Shown: piece after piece, positions 23,198 through 32,869 of the stretch
How positions within the stretch are numbered: the first letter of the stretch is position 1
How the letters are laid out: each line of letters begins with the position of its first letter
NCBI GenBank assembly: GCA_019061405.1
Contig: JAHRAF010000005.1
Span: 4,188 to 68,187, forward strand
Source of the DNA: Wolbachia endosymbiont of Fragariocoptes setiger
GTDB taxonomy: Bacteria; Pseudomonadota; Alphaproteobacteria; Rickettsiales; Anaplasmataceae
DNA length: 64,000 nucleotides
Direction of reading: 5' to 3'
The notes under the pieces: model-generated
Told to the model about the DNA's origin: nothing
Databases searched by the model: none
Seen by the model: the letters and a program-made list of their open reading frames with translations, nothing else
Made by a program: the position numbers and the translations under genes

Positions 23198-24224
23198 TGT
23201 TACTTACTCCATTAACTATTTTTTGATTTAGATTTTGTTTTATACACTTCACAGCAAACTTAATCGCATGGGCGAGTGAAATAAAATCTGAATTTCCATG
23301 GCTTTTAATTACAATACCATTGAGGCCAAGAAACATAGCTCCACTTCTAATTTTAGGGTCAAAGCGTACTAATGCTTTACTAAGTTTAGCTTTTATTAAT
23401 AAACTAAATAACTTGATTACCCATGATTTCAATAATTCTTGTTTTATTATATTAATAAAAGTGCTTGCAGTAGCTTCAGCCGTCTTTAACATTACATTAC
23501 CAACAAAACCATCTGCAACAATAACATCTACCTTGCCTTCTAGAAAATCAATCGCTTCTATGTAACCTTTAAAATTGATACTTGAGGCATTTTTCAGTAA
23601 TTCAAATGCCCCACGGACTGAATCAGTACCTTTAATTTCCTCCGTACCTATATTAAGTAAAGCCACTTCAGGATTATCAACCTTCAGTGCAACTTTTGCA
23701 AATATACTCCCCATTAATGCAAATTGAAATAATGAATCAGCATTGCAGTCAACATTTGCTCCTAGATCAAGCAATATAAAACTCTTTGATTTTGTAGGAC
23801 ATACAGATGCAATAGCAGGACGATATATATTTGGCAATGTACCAAGAACAAAACGAGAAATCGCCATTAACGCTCCCGTGTTACCTGAAGATACTAATCC
23901 AGAAACTTTTTTTTGTTTCACTGCTTCGACTGCTGCTCTCATACTTGAATTTGTACGACGTCTTAAAGCAAAGGAAGGCTTATCATCTGCTAAAACATTA
24001 TCGTGGCAATGAATAAATTCGGAATTGTTTTCCAGCCTACTATACCTTGAGAGTATTGGAAGAACCTTTTGCTGATCACCATATATCTGAAAGGAAACTT
24101 GGACATTAGTATCAAGCAAATTACTAAGAAAAAAGTCAGCACCTTGTATAACTGAAAGAGGAGCAAAATCCCCACCCATAGCATCGAGAGCTATTACTAT
24201 CTTGCTACTAATAGTAGATAACAT
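23190..24224 (-). CDS. plsX: Phosphate acyltransferase PlsX
   Basis: IALDAMGGD, SGNTGALM, LDLGAN, NIGTEEIKG, DGFVGN and KSHG; order rpmF-plsX-fabH. Confidence 0.97.
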   Translation of the reverse strand: MLSTISSKIVIALDAMGGDFAPLSVIQGADFFLSNLLDTNVQVSFQIYGDQQKVLPILSRYSRLENNSEFIHCHDNVLADDKPSFALRRRTNSSMRAAVEAVKQKKVSGLVSSGNTGALMAISRFVLGTLPNIYRPAIASVCPTKSKSFILLDLGANVDCNADSLFQFALMGSIFAKVALKVDNPEVALLNIGTEEIKGTDSVRGAFELLKNASSINFKGYIEAIDFLEGKVDVIVADGFVGNVMLKTAEATASTFINIIKQELLKSWVIKLFSLLIKAKLSKALVRFDPKIRSGAMFLGLNGIVIKSHGNSDFISLAHAIKFAVKCIKQNLNQKIVNGVSNIE

Positions 24225-24235
24225 AACATATAGAA

Positions 24236-24421
24236 CTACTCTGTGGTTTGATTTTTAACAAAAATCTTTCTATCACCGTAATAACCATCAACTGCTATAC
24301 TGTGTGGTAGCATGAGCTCACCAGTAGTAGAATTAGTCACGATATTTTTAGGCTGAATAGCATGATGAGAACGATGCATATCGCGCCGAGATTTAGATTT
24401 TTTTCTTTTTGGAACAGCCAA
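24236..24421 (-). CDS. rpmF: 50S ribosomal protein L32
   Basis: MAVPKRKKSKSRRDMHRSH. Confidence 0.95.
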   Translation of the reverse strand: MAVPKRKKSKSRRDMHRSHHAIQPKNIVTNSTTGELMLPHSIAVDGYYGDRKIFVKNQTTE

Positions 24422-24501
24422 TGTCTCTCTCCATTAATAGACTACAAGTTATTGATAACATATTTCATGTAAGAAGTAAACAATCTAGATAGAAGAACCC
24501 T

Positions 24502-24530
24502 AGGGAAGTTGTTTACTTTACAACTTCCCT
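24502..24530. terminator. Perfect 11-bp stem-loop downstream of 24577..25104 (terminator or stability hairpin)
   Basis: AGGGAAGTTGT-ttacttt-ACAACTTCCCT; lacks a strong adjacent U-tract. Confidence 0.55.
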
Positions 24531-24576
24531 TAGAGTGAACATTAATTAATCAATAGCAACAGCTTTGCCTTGTCCA

Positions 24577-25104
24577 TTATGAAGCAGTTTTGCTGCATTC
24601 GTTGTTATTAATTAAAGAAGCTGTCTCAACATCAGTTAGTGATGTCTTTGCGTTATCAAGTAATGCTTTTGCTTTTTCAACATCTTTCACTACAACTTGT
24701 CCATTTCTTTCTTTAAGAGCTTGATTGATATTTTCATTAATATTCTTAATTTCTTGATTTTTATCATGATTCTTGACTGCAAGTGTAATAAGCGTTGCAA
24801 CTACAGCAGCAGCTAATGTAGCAAAGACTATTGGATGATGAGATGCTGCAAATGTAAATCCAGCTGTAATGCCGCTACTAACTGCAGCAAGAGCAGGAGC
24901 AACAAATCCGCTAACTTTAGATACATACGCACCAACAAAAGATGCATAACGCGGTGAAAAGTAGCAAGCAATTGCAGAAAACGTTAATGCAGACACAACA
25001 AATCCAATGGCACCCGCTTTCCATTGATTGTTTTTTACCCAATCATACGTTGAATTATATTGGTTTGTGCACTGTGTTTTAATTTTTTCTAAGTAATTTG
25101 TCAT
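24577..25104 (-). CDS. Hypothetical membrane protein with long Ala-rich hydrophobic core and coiled-coil tail
   Basis: 175 aa ORF, AGGAG RBS, two or three hydrophobic segments, then a charged helical C-terminus. Confidence 0.75.
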   Translation of the reverse strand: MTNYLEKIKTQCTNQYNSTYDWVKNNQWKAGAIGFVVSALTFSAIACYFSPRYASFVGAYVSKVSGFVAPALAAVSSGITAGFTFAASHHPIVFATLAAAVVATLITLAVKNHDKNQEIKNINENINQALKERNGQVVVKDVEKAKALLDNAKTSLTDVETASLINNNECSKTAS

Positions 25105-25147
25105 AAGGTTTACTCCTGAATATAGAATACTAAAAATATATTAACTA

Positions 25148-25177
25148 AGTGTACACTAAGTAATGATCATATGTCAA
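25148..25177 (-). promoter_or_regulatory. Putative sigma70 promoter of the 24577..25104 gene
   Basis: Minus strand TTGACA (25177-25172) - N18 - TACACT (25153-25148), ~45 bp upstream of the ATG. Confidence 0.55.
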
Positions 25178-25259
25178 ACATTACTAAATTTTAACATATT
25201 TTAGTTTACAATTTCAGGAGTTTACTCTTAAAACCATAGCAAAAACAGTACTATTTTTT

Positions 25260-26044
25260 TCACATAGAATTACGACGTTTTTGCTGCATTTCAGTTATGA
25301 CGTTAATTAATGAATGACTTGTAGCATTTTTAATCTTAGGATGCAACTCTCTCATCATTGTCTCTGTGATAGAATCAAACCAAGAACTATAGTTTTTTAT
25401 CATTACACCTCTTCTAATCTTATTTTCATTCATTTTTATGATAATAGAAGAGTTTAATTCTTCCATTTCTGAATAAAATTCATCTTGATTGACTGTAGAA
25501 TTCTTAAAAAGTTCTCATACCCTTCATAAAGTTTATCACTTGCAAGCCTTTCTTCACTGAAAGAATATTTTAGCTTTTCTTGAAAGAGTTTCAATAATTC
25601 TATAGGTTGCGAGGGAAAAATCGCATTCTCCATAATTTTCAATTTAGACATAAATTCTTCACAAGTTTCCTCCAACTCACTTAACTTCTTATCTAAACAC
25701 ATAAATAAACTATTCAGTAGATCGTCTTGCTCATAAATAATCTCCTGTATGGCAAATTTTTCTAGCATAAGAAATGCCTTGATATTTAAACGTTTTCCAC
25801 CTTGAGAATCACATAGACGTATCCACTCTAAAGGAACATTTCTATTATTGCCATAATCTATTAACTCATTGATAATACCTGTGCGTCTTAGCGTTTTAAT
25901 ATACTTTAAAATTTTTTGTATGACTTCGTTATATTCTTTATCATCACTAATTGTAGGAAGAAGAAATAATGATTGTATAAATTTTGCTTGCACATCGTTA
26001 TTTTGAAAATCGTCGTCTTGTAACATATTAAATGACCAAACCAA
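25260..26044 (-). pseudogene. Hypothetical gene, possibly frameshifted into 25454..26044 and 25260..25466
   Basis: The two ORFs overlap; the downstream frame is open further upstream (ELFKNSTVNQDEFYSEMEEL) back to a T5 run. Could equally be two coupled genes. Confidence 0.4.
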
Positions 26045-26166
26045 TTAAATATGATGAGGTAAAAGTTTTTAATAAGATATTAATTATCATTTTGAATAAA
26101 CCTCAACATTGATGATTTTTTATATTCTAGTTTTTCAATTTACAAAGTTTTTCAATCTGTTTTAGG

Positions 26167-27963
26167 TTAGTCGCTAATCTTCAAAGCTTGAATAAAAGCA
26201 TTCTGCGGAATGTTGACATTACCAACTAAATGTAACCTTTTTTTACCTTTCTTTTGTTTTTCAAGCAATTTCATTCTTCGTGTAACATCTCCACCATACA
26301 ATTTAGCTACAACATCTTTTCTGTATGGATTAATAGTTTCTCTAGCAATAACCTTACTGCCTATTGCGGCTTGAATTGCTATTTTATATTGCTGGCGCGG
26401 TATTAAATCTTTCAAACGATTACATATCTCACGACCTCGTTTCTCTGCTCTACTCTTATGTACTATACAAGCCAATGCATCTACTGGTTCCCCATTAATT
26501 AAAAAATTCAATCTATCTATTTGACTTGCTTTATATTCAGATATTTCCCAGTCAAGACTGGCATAACCCTTGGAAATTGATTTTAATCGATCATAAAAAT
26601 CAAACACAACTTCAGATAGAGGTAATTTGTATTTTAAAAGTGCTGTTGTTGTATGACTTGCATATGATAAATCTTCTTGTAAACCTCTTCTTTCCTCACA
26701 CTGAGATAAAATCTCTCCTAAATACTGATCTGGTACCATAATGGTTGCATTAATCCATGGCTCTTCTACAGTTTCAATTTTAGTTGATTCTGGCATATCA
26801 TTTGGATTATGAACATTTAGAACTTTACCCTTATAAGTTGTAATTTTATATATAACGCTTGGCGCAGTAGCCGTAAGATCAAGATCAAATTCTCGCTCAA
26901 GTCTTTCTTGTATGACTTCAAGGTGTAACATGCCTAAAAAGCCACAACGAAATCCATAACCAAGTGCATTTGAAGTTTCGGCTTCAAAAGTAAAGCTAGC
27001 ATCATTTAAATGTAGCTTTTCTAATGCCCCTCTTAAATATTTAAAATCATCTGTATTATTAGGAAAAATACTACAAAATACTAAAGGATAAACCTCTTTA
27101 AACCCAGGCAATGCTTCATTACAGGGATTTTTTTCATCAGTAATAGTATCTCCAATTCTACAATCAGATACTTCTTTTATTGAAGCAGTTATAAATCCAA
27201 CTTCTCCAGTAGAAAGCTTCTCAGTCATAACTTTTTTAGGAGTAAAAATTCCAATATTATCTACTTGATAAGTAGCGTTATTTGACATCATCCTAATCTT
27301 CATTCCTTTCTTTAGTACTCCGTTTTTAATTCGCACGAGAATTACCACTCCCAGGTAAGTATCATACCAACTATCAACTAGAATTGCCTGAAGAGGTGCA
27401 TTTACATTACCGTTAGGAGCCGGAAGCTTTTCAACTATAGCCTGTAATACATCTTTTATGCCAAATCCTGTTTTTGCTGATATCAAAATCGCTTCACTTG
27501 CATCAATTCCTATGACCTCTTCTACTTGCAGTTTTACTCTCTCTGAATCTGATGCAGGAAGATCAACTTTATTCAGTACAACAATGATCTCATGATTGTT
27601 ATCAATTGCTTTATAGACATTTGCAAGAGTTTGTGCCTCAACACCTTGGCTACTATCAATAATCAACAAGGAACCTTCACATGCAGCCAAACTACGACTA
27701 ACTTCATAAGAAAAATCAACATGCCCTGGAGTATCCATAATATTTAAACAATATTGATTACCATCATCAGCAATGTATTTTAGTCTTACAGTCTGTGCTT
27801 TAATAGTGATACCACGTTCACGTTCTATATCCATTGAATCGAGTATCTGGTCAACCATTTCCCTAGCTTCAAGACCATTACATTCTTCTATAAGACGATC
27901 GGCAAGTGTTGACTTGCCATGGTCTATATGTGCTATTATTGCAAAGTTTCTTATATTATTCAT
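26167..27963 (-). CDS. lepA: Translation elongation factor 4 (LepA)
   Basis: [43 protein letters not shown] and C-terminal [10 protein letters not shown]. Track start is 27990; the homologue-like start is 27963. Confidence 0.97.
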   Translation of the reverse strand: MNNIRNFAIIAHIDHGKSTLADRLIEECNGLEAREMVDQILDSMDIERERGITIKAQTVRLKYIADDGNQYCLNIMDTPGHVDFSYEVSRSLAACEGSLLIIDSSQGVEAQTLANVYKAIDNNHEIIVVLNKVDLPASDSERVKLQVEEVIGIDASEAILISAKTGFGIKDVLQAIVEKLPAPNGNVNAPLQAILVDSWYDTYLGVVILVRIKNGVLKKGMKIRMMSNNATYQVDNIGIFTPKKVMTEKLSTGEVGFITASIKEVSDCRIGDTITDEKNPCNEALPGFKEVYPLVFCSIFPNNTDDFKYLRGALEKLHLNDASFTFEAETSNALGYGFRCGFLGMLHLEVIQERLEREFDLDLTATAPSVIYKITTYKGKVLNVHNPNDMPESTKIETVEEPWINATIMVPDQYLGEILSQCEERRGLQEDLSYASHTTTALLKYKLPLSEVVFDFYDRLKSISKGYASLDWEISEYKASQIDRLNFLINGEPVDALACIVHKSRAEKRGREICNRLKDLIPRQQYKIAIQAAIGSKVIARETINPYRKDVVAKLYGGDVTRRMKLLEKQKKGKKRLHLVGNVNIPQNAFIQALKISD

Positions 27964-27979
27964 TTTATTTTTATAAAAA

Positions 27980-28537
27980 TTATTTGACAAGTGGTAAAGT
28001 GATACCTTGCTGACCCATATATTTACCCTTTAAATCACTATAAGATAGTTCACATTCGGTATCACCACTCAAAAATATGAACTGACATGCTCCTTCATTA
28101 GCATAAATTTTTGCAGGAAGTGGTGTTGTATTTGAAAACTCTAATGTGACATGTCCTTCCCATTCTGGTTCCAGAGGTGTAACATTTACTATAATTCCAC
28201 ACCTAGCATAGGTTGATTTACCAACACAAATAACTAATACGTTCTTGGGTATTCGAAAATATTCAATTGTACTTGCAAGAACAAAGCTATTAGGTGGAAT
28301 AATACATACATCAGTTTCCCTATCTATAAAACTAGTGTCACAAAAATTTTTAGGATCGATAGTAGCTGAATTCACATTAGTAAATATTTTAAAGCTATTG
28401 CCTACCCTTGCATCATAGCCATAAGATGATAAACCATATGATATAACATTGTTGCTATTTTTATAATCAATAAACGGTTCTATCATTAATGAATTATAAG
28501 ATTGTTCTCTTATCCACTTATCAGACATCACTGCCAT
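27980..28537 (-). CDS. dcd: dCTP deaminase
   Basis: [28 protein letters not shown] and [10 protein letters not shown]. Confidence 0.95.
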   Translation of the reverse strand: MAVMSDKWIREQSYNSLMIEPFIDYKNSNNVISYGLSSYGYDARVGNSFKIFTNVNSATIDPKNFCDTSFIDRETDVCIIPPNSFVLASTIEYFRIPKNVLVICVGKSTYARCGIIVNVTPLEPEWEGHVTLEFSNTTPLPAKIYANEGACQFIFLSGDTECELSYSDLKGKYMGQQGITLPLVK

Positions 28538-28604
28538 AAGGTTCCTCGAATATGTACGATAATATTAAGTAAAATTTAGACTGTAAACCAACTATGTTTT
28601 ACAC

Positions 28605-28626
28605 AAAGCATCCTAAAAGCATCCTA
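28605..28626. repeat. Perfect 11-bp tandem repeat AAAGCATCCTA x2 in the dcd/ihfA divergent spacer
   Basis: Read directly from the sequence. Confidence 0.6.
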
Positions 28627-28681
28627 GATAGTTGATACTATACAACAAATTGTTATACTAAAAAATAGAATTGCATATATC

Positions 28682-28987
28682 ATGATTGAACAAGAGTACA
28701 AAAAAACAATCACAAAAGCAACAATAGCAAAAAAAATAAATCAAGAAATAGGATTATCCGAAGAAAGTTCCAATGCAATAATAGAACATATATTAAATGA
28801 AATTAACAATTGTCTCATAAAAGATGGAACAGTAAAAATATCCTCATTTGGAACATTTTTAGTTGTTGATAAAAGTGAAAGACCTGGAAACGTTCCAAAT
28901 ACATCGCAAAAAGTCGTAGTCAAAGCAAGAAAATCAATTTCTTTCAAACCATCTAAAATTCTAAAGAAATCAATAAACAATGCTTAA
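28682..28987 (+). CDS. ihfA: Integration host factor alpha subunit
   Basis: HU/IHF fold: TITKATIA, VKISSFGTF, RPGNVPNT and SFKPS; followed by a MerR gene as in alphaproteobacteria. Confidence 0.85.
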   Translation: MIEQEYKKTITKATIAKKINQEIGLSEESSNAIIEHILNEINNCLIKDGTVKISSFGTFLVVDKSERPGNVPNTSQKVVVKARKSISFKPSKILKKSINNA

Positions 28988-29303
28988 AGAAAAGTTATTT
29001 CATTCCATTGGAGAAGTAGCAGTAGAATTAAAATTAGAACAACATGTTCTAAGATTTTGGGAAACTCAATTCAAGCAAATTAACCCTATAAAACATAAGG
29101 GAAGACGCTTATATGATAAAAAGTGTATAGAGAATATAAAAAAGATAAAGGAAATGCTATATGAAAAAGGCTATACAATAAAAGGTGTGCAAAAAGAATT
29201 TGATCACCAGATCACAATTGATTTAACTAAAGAATCACTTATCAATATATTACAAGAAATGATTGATTTAAGAGATCTTCTAATTAGCAAAATAGAAGAC
29301 TAG
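28980..29303 (+). CDS. MerR-family transcriptional regulator
   Basis: SIGEVA..LKLEQHVLRFWE..F..I.P.K..GRRLY and GYTIKGV; coupled to ihfA. Confidence 0.88.
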   Translation: MLKEKLFHSIGEVAVELKLEQHVLRFWETQFKQINPIKHKGRRLYDKKCIENIKKIKEMLYEKGYTIKGVQKEFDHQITIDLTKESLINILQEMIDLRDLLISKIED

Positions 29304-29416
29304 CTCAAATCTATAATTATTATAAAATATCCTGTCTACTCTTTACAATAACTGTTGCAAATCATCTCACTATATTGCATACTGTAACTTACAGGTGCGG
29401 CTCGAGGAAAATAACT

Positions 29417-30941
29417 ATGGAAAAATTACGTCAACTACTTATTTCTTGCAGAACAGAAGAAGAATGTATCAACTTTCTTAGTGAATACTTTTCAGAATAC
29501 AATGATATAATAGACTTTAGTAACCTAGAAGAGAGCTCAGGCAGTTCTCCTTTCTAAAAGAAAGATTATATCTTAATGAATTAATATTAAGTACAGACAC
29601 TAATTATAACAATCTTATACATATAATGGCAAAGAGAAATTTCTCATCCGTTCTGAACATTTTTTTTTGCTAGTGCCAATATTATATCATTCGACGGAAT
29701 ATTATTATGCGAACAGCACGATGTAATTGGAGGCATATTTCAGAAAATCTCGATAACTATACACCTCTTGATTTAGCTATAGAAAATAATTCTATAAAAA
29801 GCATAGAAGTTATCTTAAATCAGTTAAACAAAATGGATGGCGTACATCATTATATTCAATATAGATATAACGAACTTAATGACGAAACAGTAGATTCAAG
29901 TGATCATATCACAATAAAAAATAATAAAATTACCTTATTACATAATCTAATTCTTTCCAAAAAATACACAATTATAGAATTGTTCTTACAGCATATCTCT
30001 GATTGTCATAGTATGAATAACAGTTATACACTAAACTTGATAACAGAGCTAAAAGATACAAATAACAAGTCAGTGTATGATCTTGTAAAAGAAAGTGATG
30101 ATATCAAGACAATGAATTTGTTCATTACATTTTATAAGGATTATATTAATTACTCACAAGAAGTAGTAAAGTATTTGGATGACATAATAAGAAAAAGAAG
30201 ACATAGGTCAGAAAAATACAATATATATGCAGGAATAACAGGTACAATAGATGGAGCGCTTGATTTCTCCAATTTTTTTTTATAAGTAATTTTATAGGAA
30301 CCAACGTAGCACTCAAAGGATTATTAGTAGCTACTCACTCCATACCCGTTATGCTGATTGTAGCATAACTATATTGTACTGCCAAATTATATAAATCTCA
30401 AAAAATCAAAGATAACTTGAATGAAAACGAAAAAATGTGTAGAGATAAAATTCAGGAGTTAGAGAGTATTATACTTGAAAGAAAAATAGACGATAAAATA
30501 ATAAAAATATCTTCACATATTTCCCCATGTATATCAATAATGCTTTCATCTACATCTATAAAAGAAAATACTGCTAAGATCTCAGATAATTTCTCTCAAG
30601 GAAAAGTATCATCAGCCAACGTATTACGAATGTCAAGCAACGCTAAACTGCATAACTTAAGACATTCTTTTCCTCATTCGTGCATTATTGCAGCTGAATC
30701 GAATGTTTCTTTTAAGTTACCTGTAAAAAGTTCTGCTAAAGCTCTGAAAATTTACAAAAAATCACATGAAAGACGCAATACTTTAAGCAATATTACAGGA
30801 ATTCCTAATAATCAACCAATATATACAACATCTAGTAAAGCTCATTATGAGAGTTTATCTAATAAAAGTACACCTTTACCAAGGTCATTAACTACTGATA
30901 TAGCATCACTACTATCACCATTTCTAGAAAAGATGATATAA
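29417..30941 (+). pseudogene. Fragmented ankyrin-repeat / transmembrane protein gene
   Basis: Joins ORFs 29375..29557, 29707..30285 and 30417..30941 via a frameshift (~29524-29555), TAG 29671 after a T9 run, a T9 frameshift (30273-30281) and TAA 30366. ANK-like NNLIHIMAKRN, YTPLDLAIENN and TLLHNLI, plus a hydrophobic pair. Confidence 0.7.
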
Positions 30942-30966
30942 GATTATGTTTCTCTTCTAATCATGA

Positions 30967-31533
30967 TCAAGGGTATAATTGTTCTACCTTCCATTTATCT
31001 TTCTCGGTAAGAGTATATCTAAGTCTTAGATGTCTTCTATGCTTTCCTTCCCGCCAAAATTCTATCGCTTGTGGTACTAAACAAAATCCTACCCAAAAAT
31101 CTGGACGTGGAATTTGCTGATTATAAAATTCCTTATCTTTTAATATTATATCTTGTTCAAAATTCTGCCAGCTTTCTAAAACACTAGATTGCTTTGAACA
31201 CCATGCACTAATTTGACTTTCACGTGAACGAGATGAATGATATTGATCTATTTTCTGAGTGTCTAAAAGTTTGACTTTTCCCTCAACTCTTATTTGTTGA
31301 GAGCTTTCCTCCCAATAAAACACCAATGCCGCATATGGATTTTCTTTTAGTTCCTTGCCTTTTCTACTATTTATATTGGTAAAAAATACAAATTCTCCTT
31401 CATTATATTGTTTTAATAATACTATTCTTGCAGATGGTATACCACTTTTGCTACATGTCGCAAGTGTCATCACTGATGATCTTGAATGAATAGCATTATA
31501 CCATTCTTTAAATAAAGAAAAAGGTTCTGTCAT
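30967..31533 (-). CDS. pdxH: Pyridoxamine 5'-phosphate oxidase
   Basis: MTLATC, PSARIVLLK, FFTNINSRKG, QIRVEG, IEFW and RLRY. Confidence 0.95.
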   Translation of the reverse strand: MTEPFSLFKEWYNAIHSRSSVMTLATCSKSGIPSARIVLLKQYNEGEFVFFTNINSRKGKELKENPYAALVFYWEESSQQIRVEGKVKLLDTQKIDQYHSSRSRESQISAWCSKQSSVLESWQNFEQDIILKDKEFYNQQIPRPDFWVGFCLVPQAIEFWREGKHRRHLRLRYTLTEKDKWKVEQLYP

Positions 31534-31636
31534 AGATTGATATTCTCCTAGAAAAAACTCTTTATATATCGTGTTAGTGGGTAAGTAAAATGAAAAAAAC
31601 TGTATGTTTATTTTTACAGTTATAAGTTTGAAGTAT

Positions 31637-32794
31637 TTAAGGTTTCAGCATTCTAGCACACATTATGTAATTAACATCAACATTCTCAGTTAATTGCCAC
31701 TGACATTTTGTTATGCTATATTCTATTCCCTTCATGTCTTGTAATAGAACATTATTCTCTCTGAGAAAGCTTGCAATCTCTGAAGGTTTAATAAATTTCT
31801 TCCAATTATGTGTACCTCTTGGTAACCATCTTAGTACATATTCTGCGCCAATTATTGCGAAAAGAAAGGCTTTAATAGTCCTATTTATTGTAGATATAAA
31901 AATTATACCTCCTGGTTTTAGTAGTCTTAATGTTTTATTTATAAAAAACTTTAAGTCATCTACATGTTCAATGACTTCCATCAGCAATATAATATCATAT
32001 TTCTTATTATCACTCATCTTTTCAATACTAGTACAAATATACTTTATATCTAATTCCACTTTTTCTGCATGTAATTGTGCTACTTGAATATTCTCTTGAC
32101 ATGGATCAATTCCTACAACATTTAATCCCATACGAGCCATAGACTCAGATAAAATACCTCCTCCACATCCTACATCAAGAACTGATAATTTATGCTTCAA
32201 TTTATATTGTTTTATCTTATCTACTATATACATTACTCTGATAGGGTTAATCATATGTAATGGTTTGAATTTACCATTTTCATTCCACCATTCGTGAGCT
32301 ATTCTAGCAAATTTTGATATTTCATCCTTATTACACGTACTCACTCTACGAGAAACAATGTTATTAAGCTTTTTAAGTCGTTCTTTATGTCTGATTTCTC
32401 CTGAAAATGAAGTATCCAAAAATTGCTTTACTATTTGCTTTGCTAATTCAGTTTCGGTAAATCTTGCACCTAAACATAATATATTTGCATCATTGTGTTC
32501 ACGAGCTAATCGTGTAACTTCAACATTACTACATACAACTGCTCTTACTTCTCCAAAACGATTCGCTACAGTTGCCATACCTGCACCAGTACCACATATT
32601 AGTATTCCATAGCATGATTTTTTATCTATAATATCCTGAGCAACTTTATCAGCATAATCCAAATAATCCACACTTTTTTGTTCAGAGGTACAACCATGAT
32701 CTATTACCTCGTATTCTAGCTCTTTTAGATAAGGTATTATTTCTTCTTTAAGCATGAAGCCGGCATGGTCTGAAGCTATCGATATTATAGACAT
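31637..32794 (-). CDS. rpiB-ubiG: Fusion: ribose-5-phosphate isomerase B plus UbiG O-methyltransferase
   Basis: N-terminal ASDHAG, ICGTGAG, AREHNDAN and RHKERL; C-terminal EISKF..IAHEWW..GKFKPLH..NP.R, LDVGCGGG and EVIEHV; one uninterrupted ORF. Confidence 0.9.
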   Translation of the reverse strand: MSIISIASDHAGFMLKEEIIPYLKELEYEVIDHGCTSEQKSVDYLDYADKVAQDIIDKKSCYGILICGTGAGMATVANRFGEVRAVVCSNVEVTRLAREHNDANILCLGARFTETELAKQIVKQFLDTSFSGEIRHKERLKKLNNIVSRRVSTCNKDEISKFARIAHEWWNENGKFKPLHMINPIRVMYIVDKIKQYKLKHKLSVLDVGCGGGILSESMARMGLNVVGIDPCQENIQVAQLHAEKVELDIKYICTSIEKMSDNKKYDIILLMEVIEHVDDLKFFINKTLRLLKPGGIIFISTINRTIKAFLFAIIGAEYVLRWLPRGTHNWKKFIKPSEIASFLRENNVLLQDMKGIEYSITKCQWQLTENVDVNYIMCARMLKP

Positions 32795-32869
32795 AAATTT
32801 TGCTTAGCAGTCCTATAGATTATACTATATAGTGAAGTATATCAATTATTCAAAGAACCTATATAGGTA

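Noticed and set aside
29304-29416. tRNA-Pro expected after ihfA-merR
   Set aside because: No cloverleaf or TTCGA T-loop is present.
32824-32868. Palindromes ACTATATAGT and ACCTATATAGGT upstream of rpiB-ubiG
   Set aside because: Short, TATATA-cored and plausible by chance; no supporting context.
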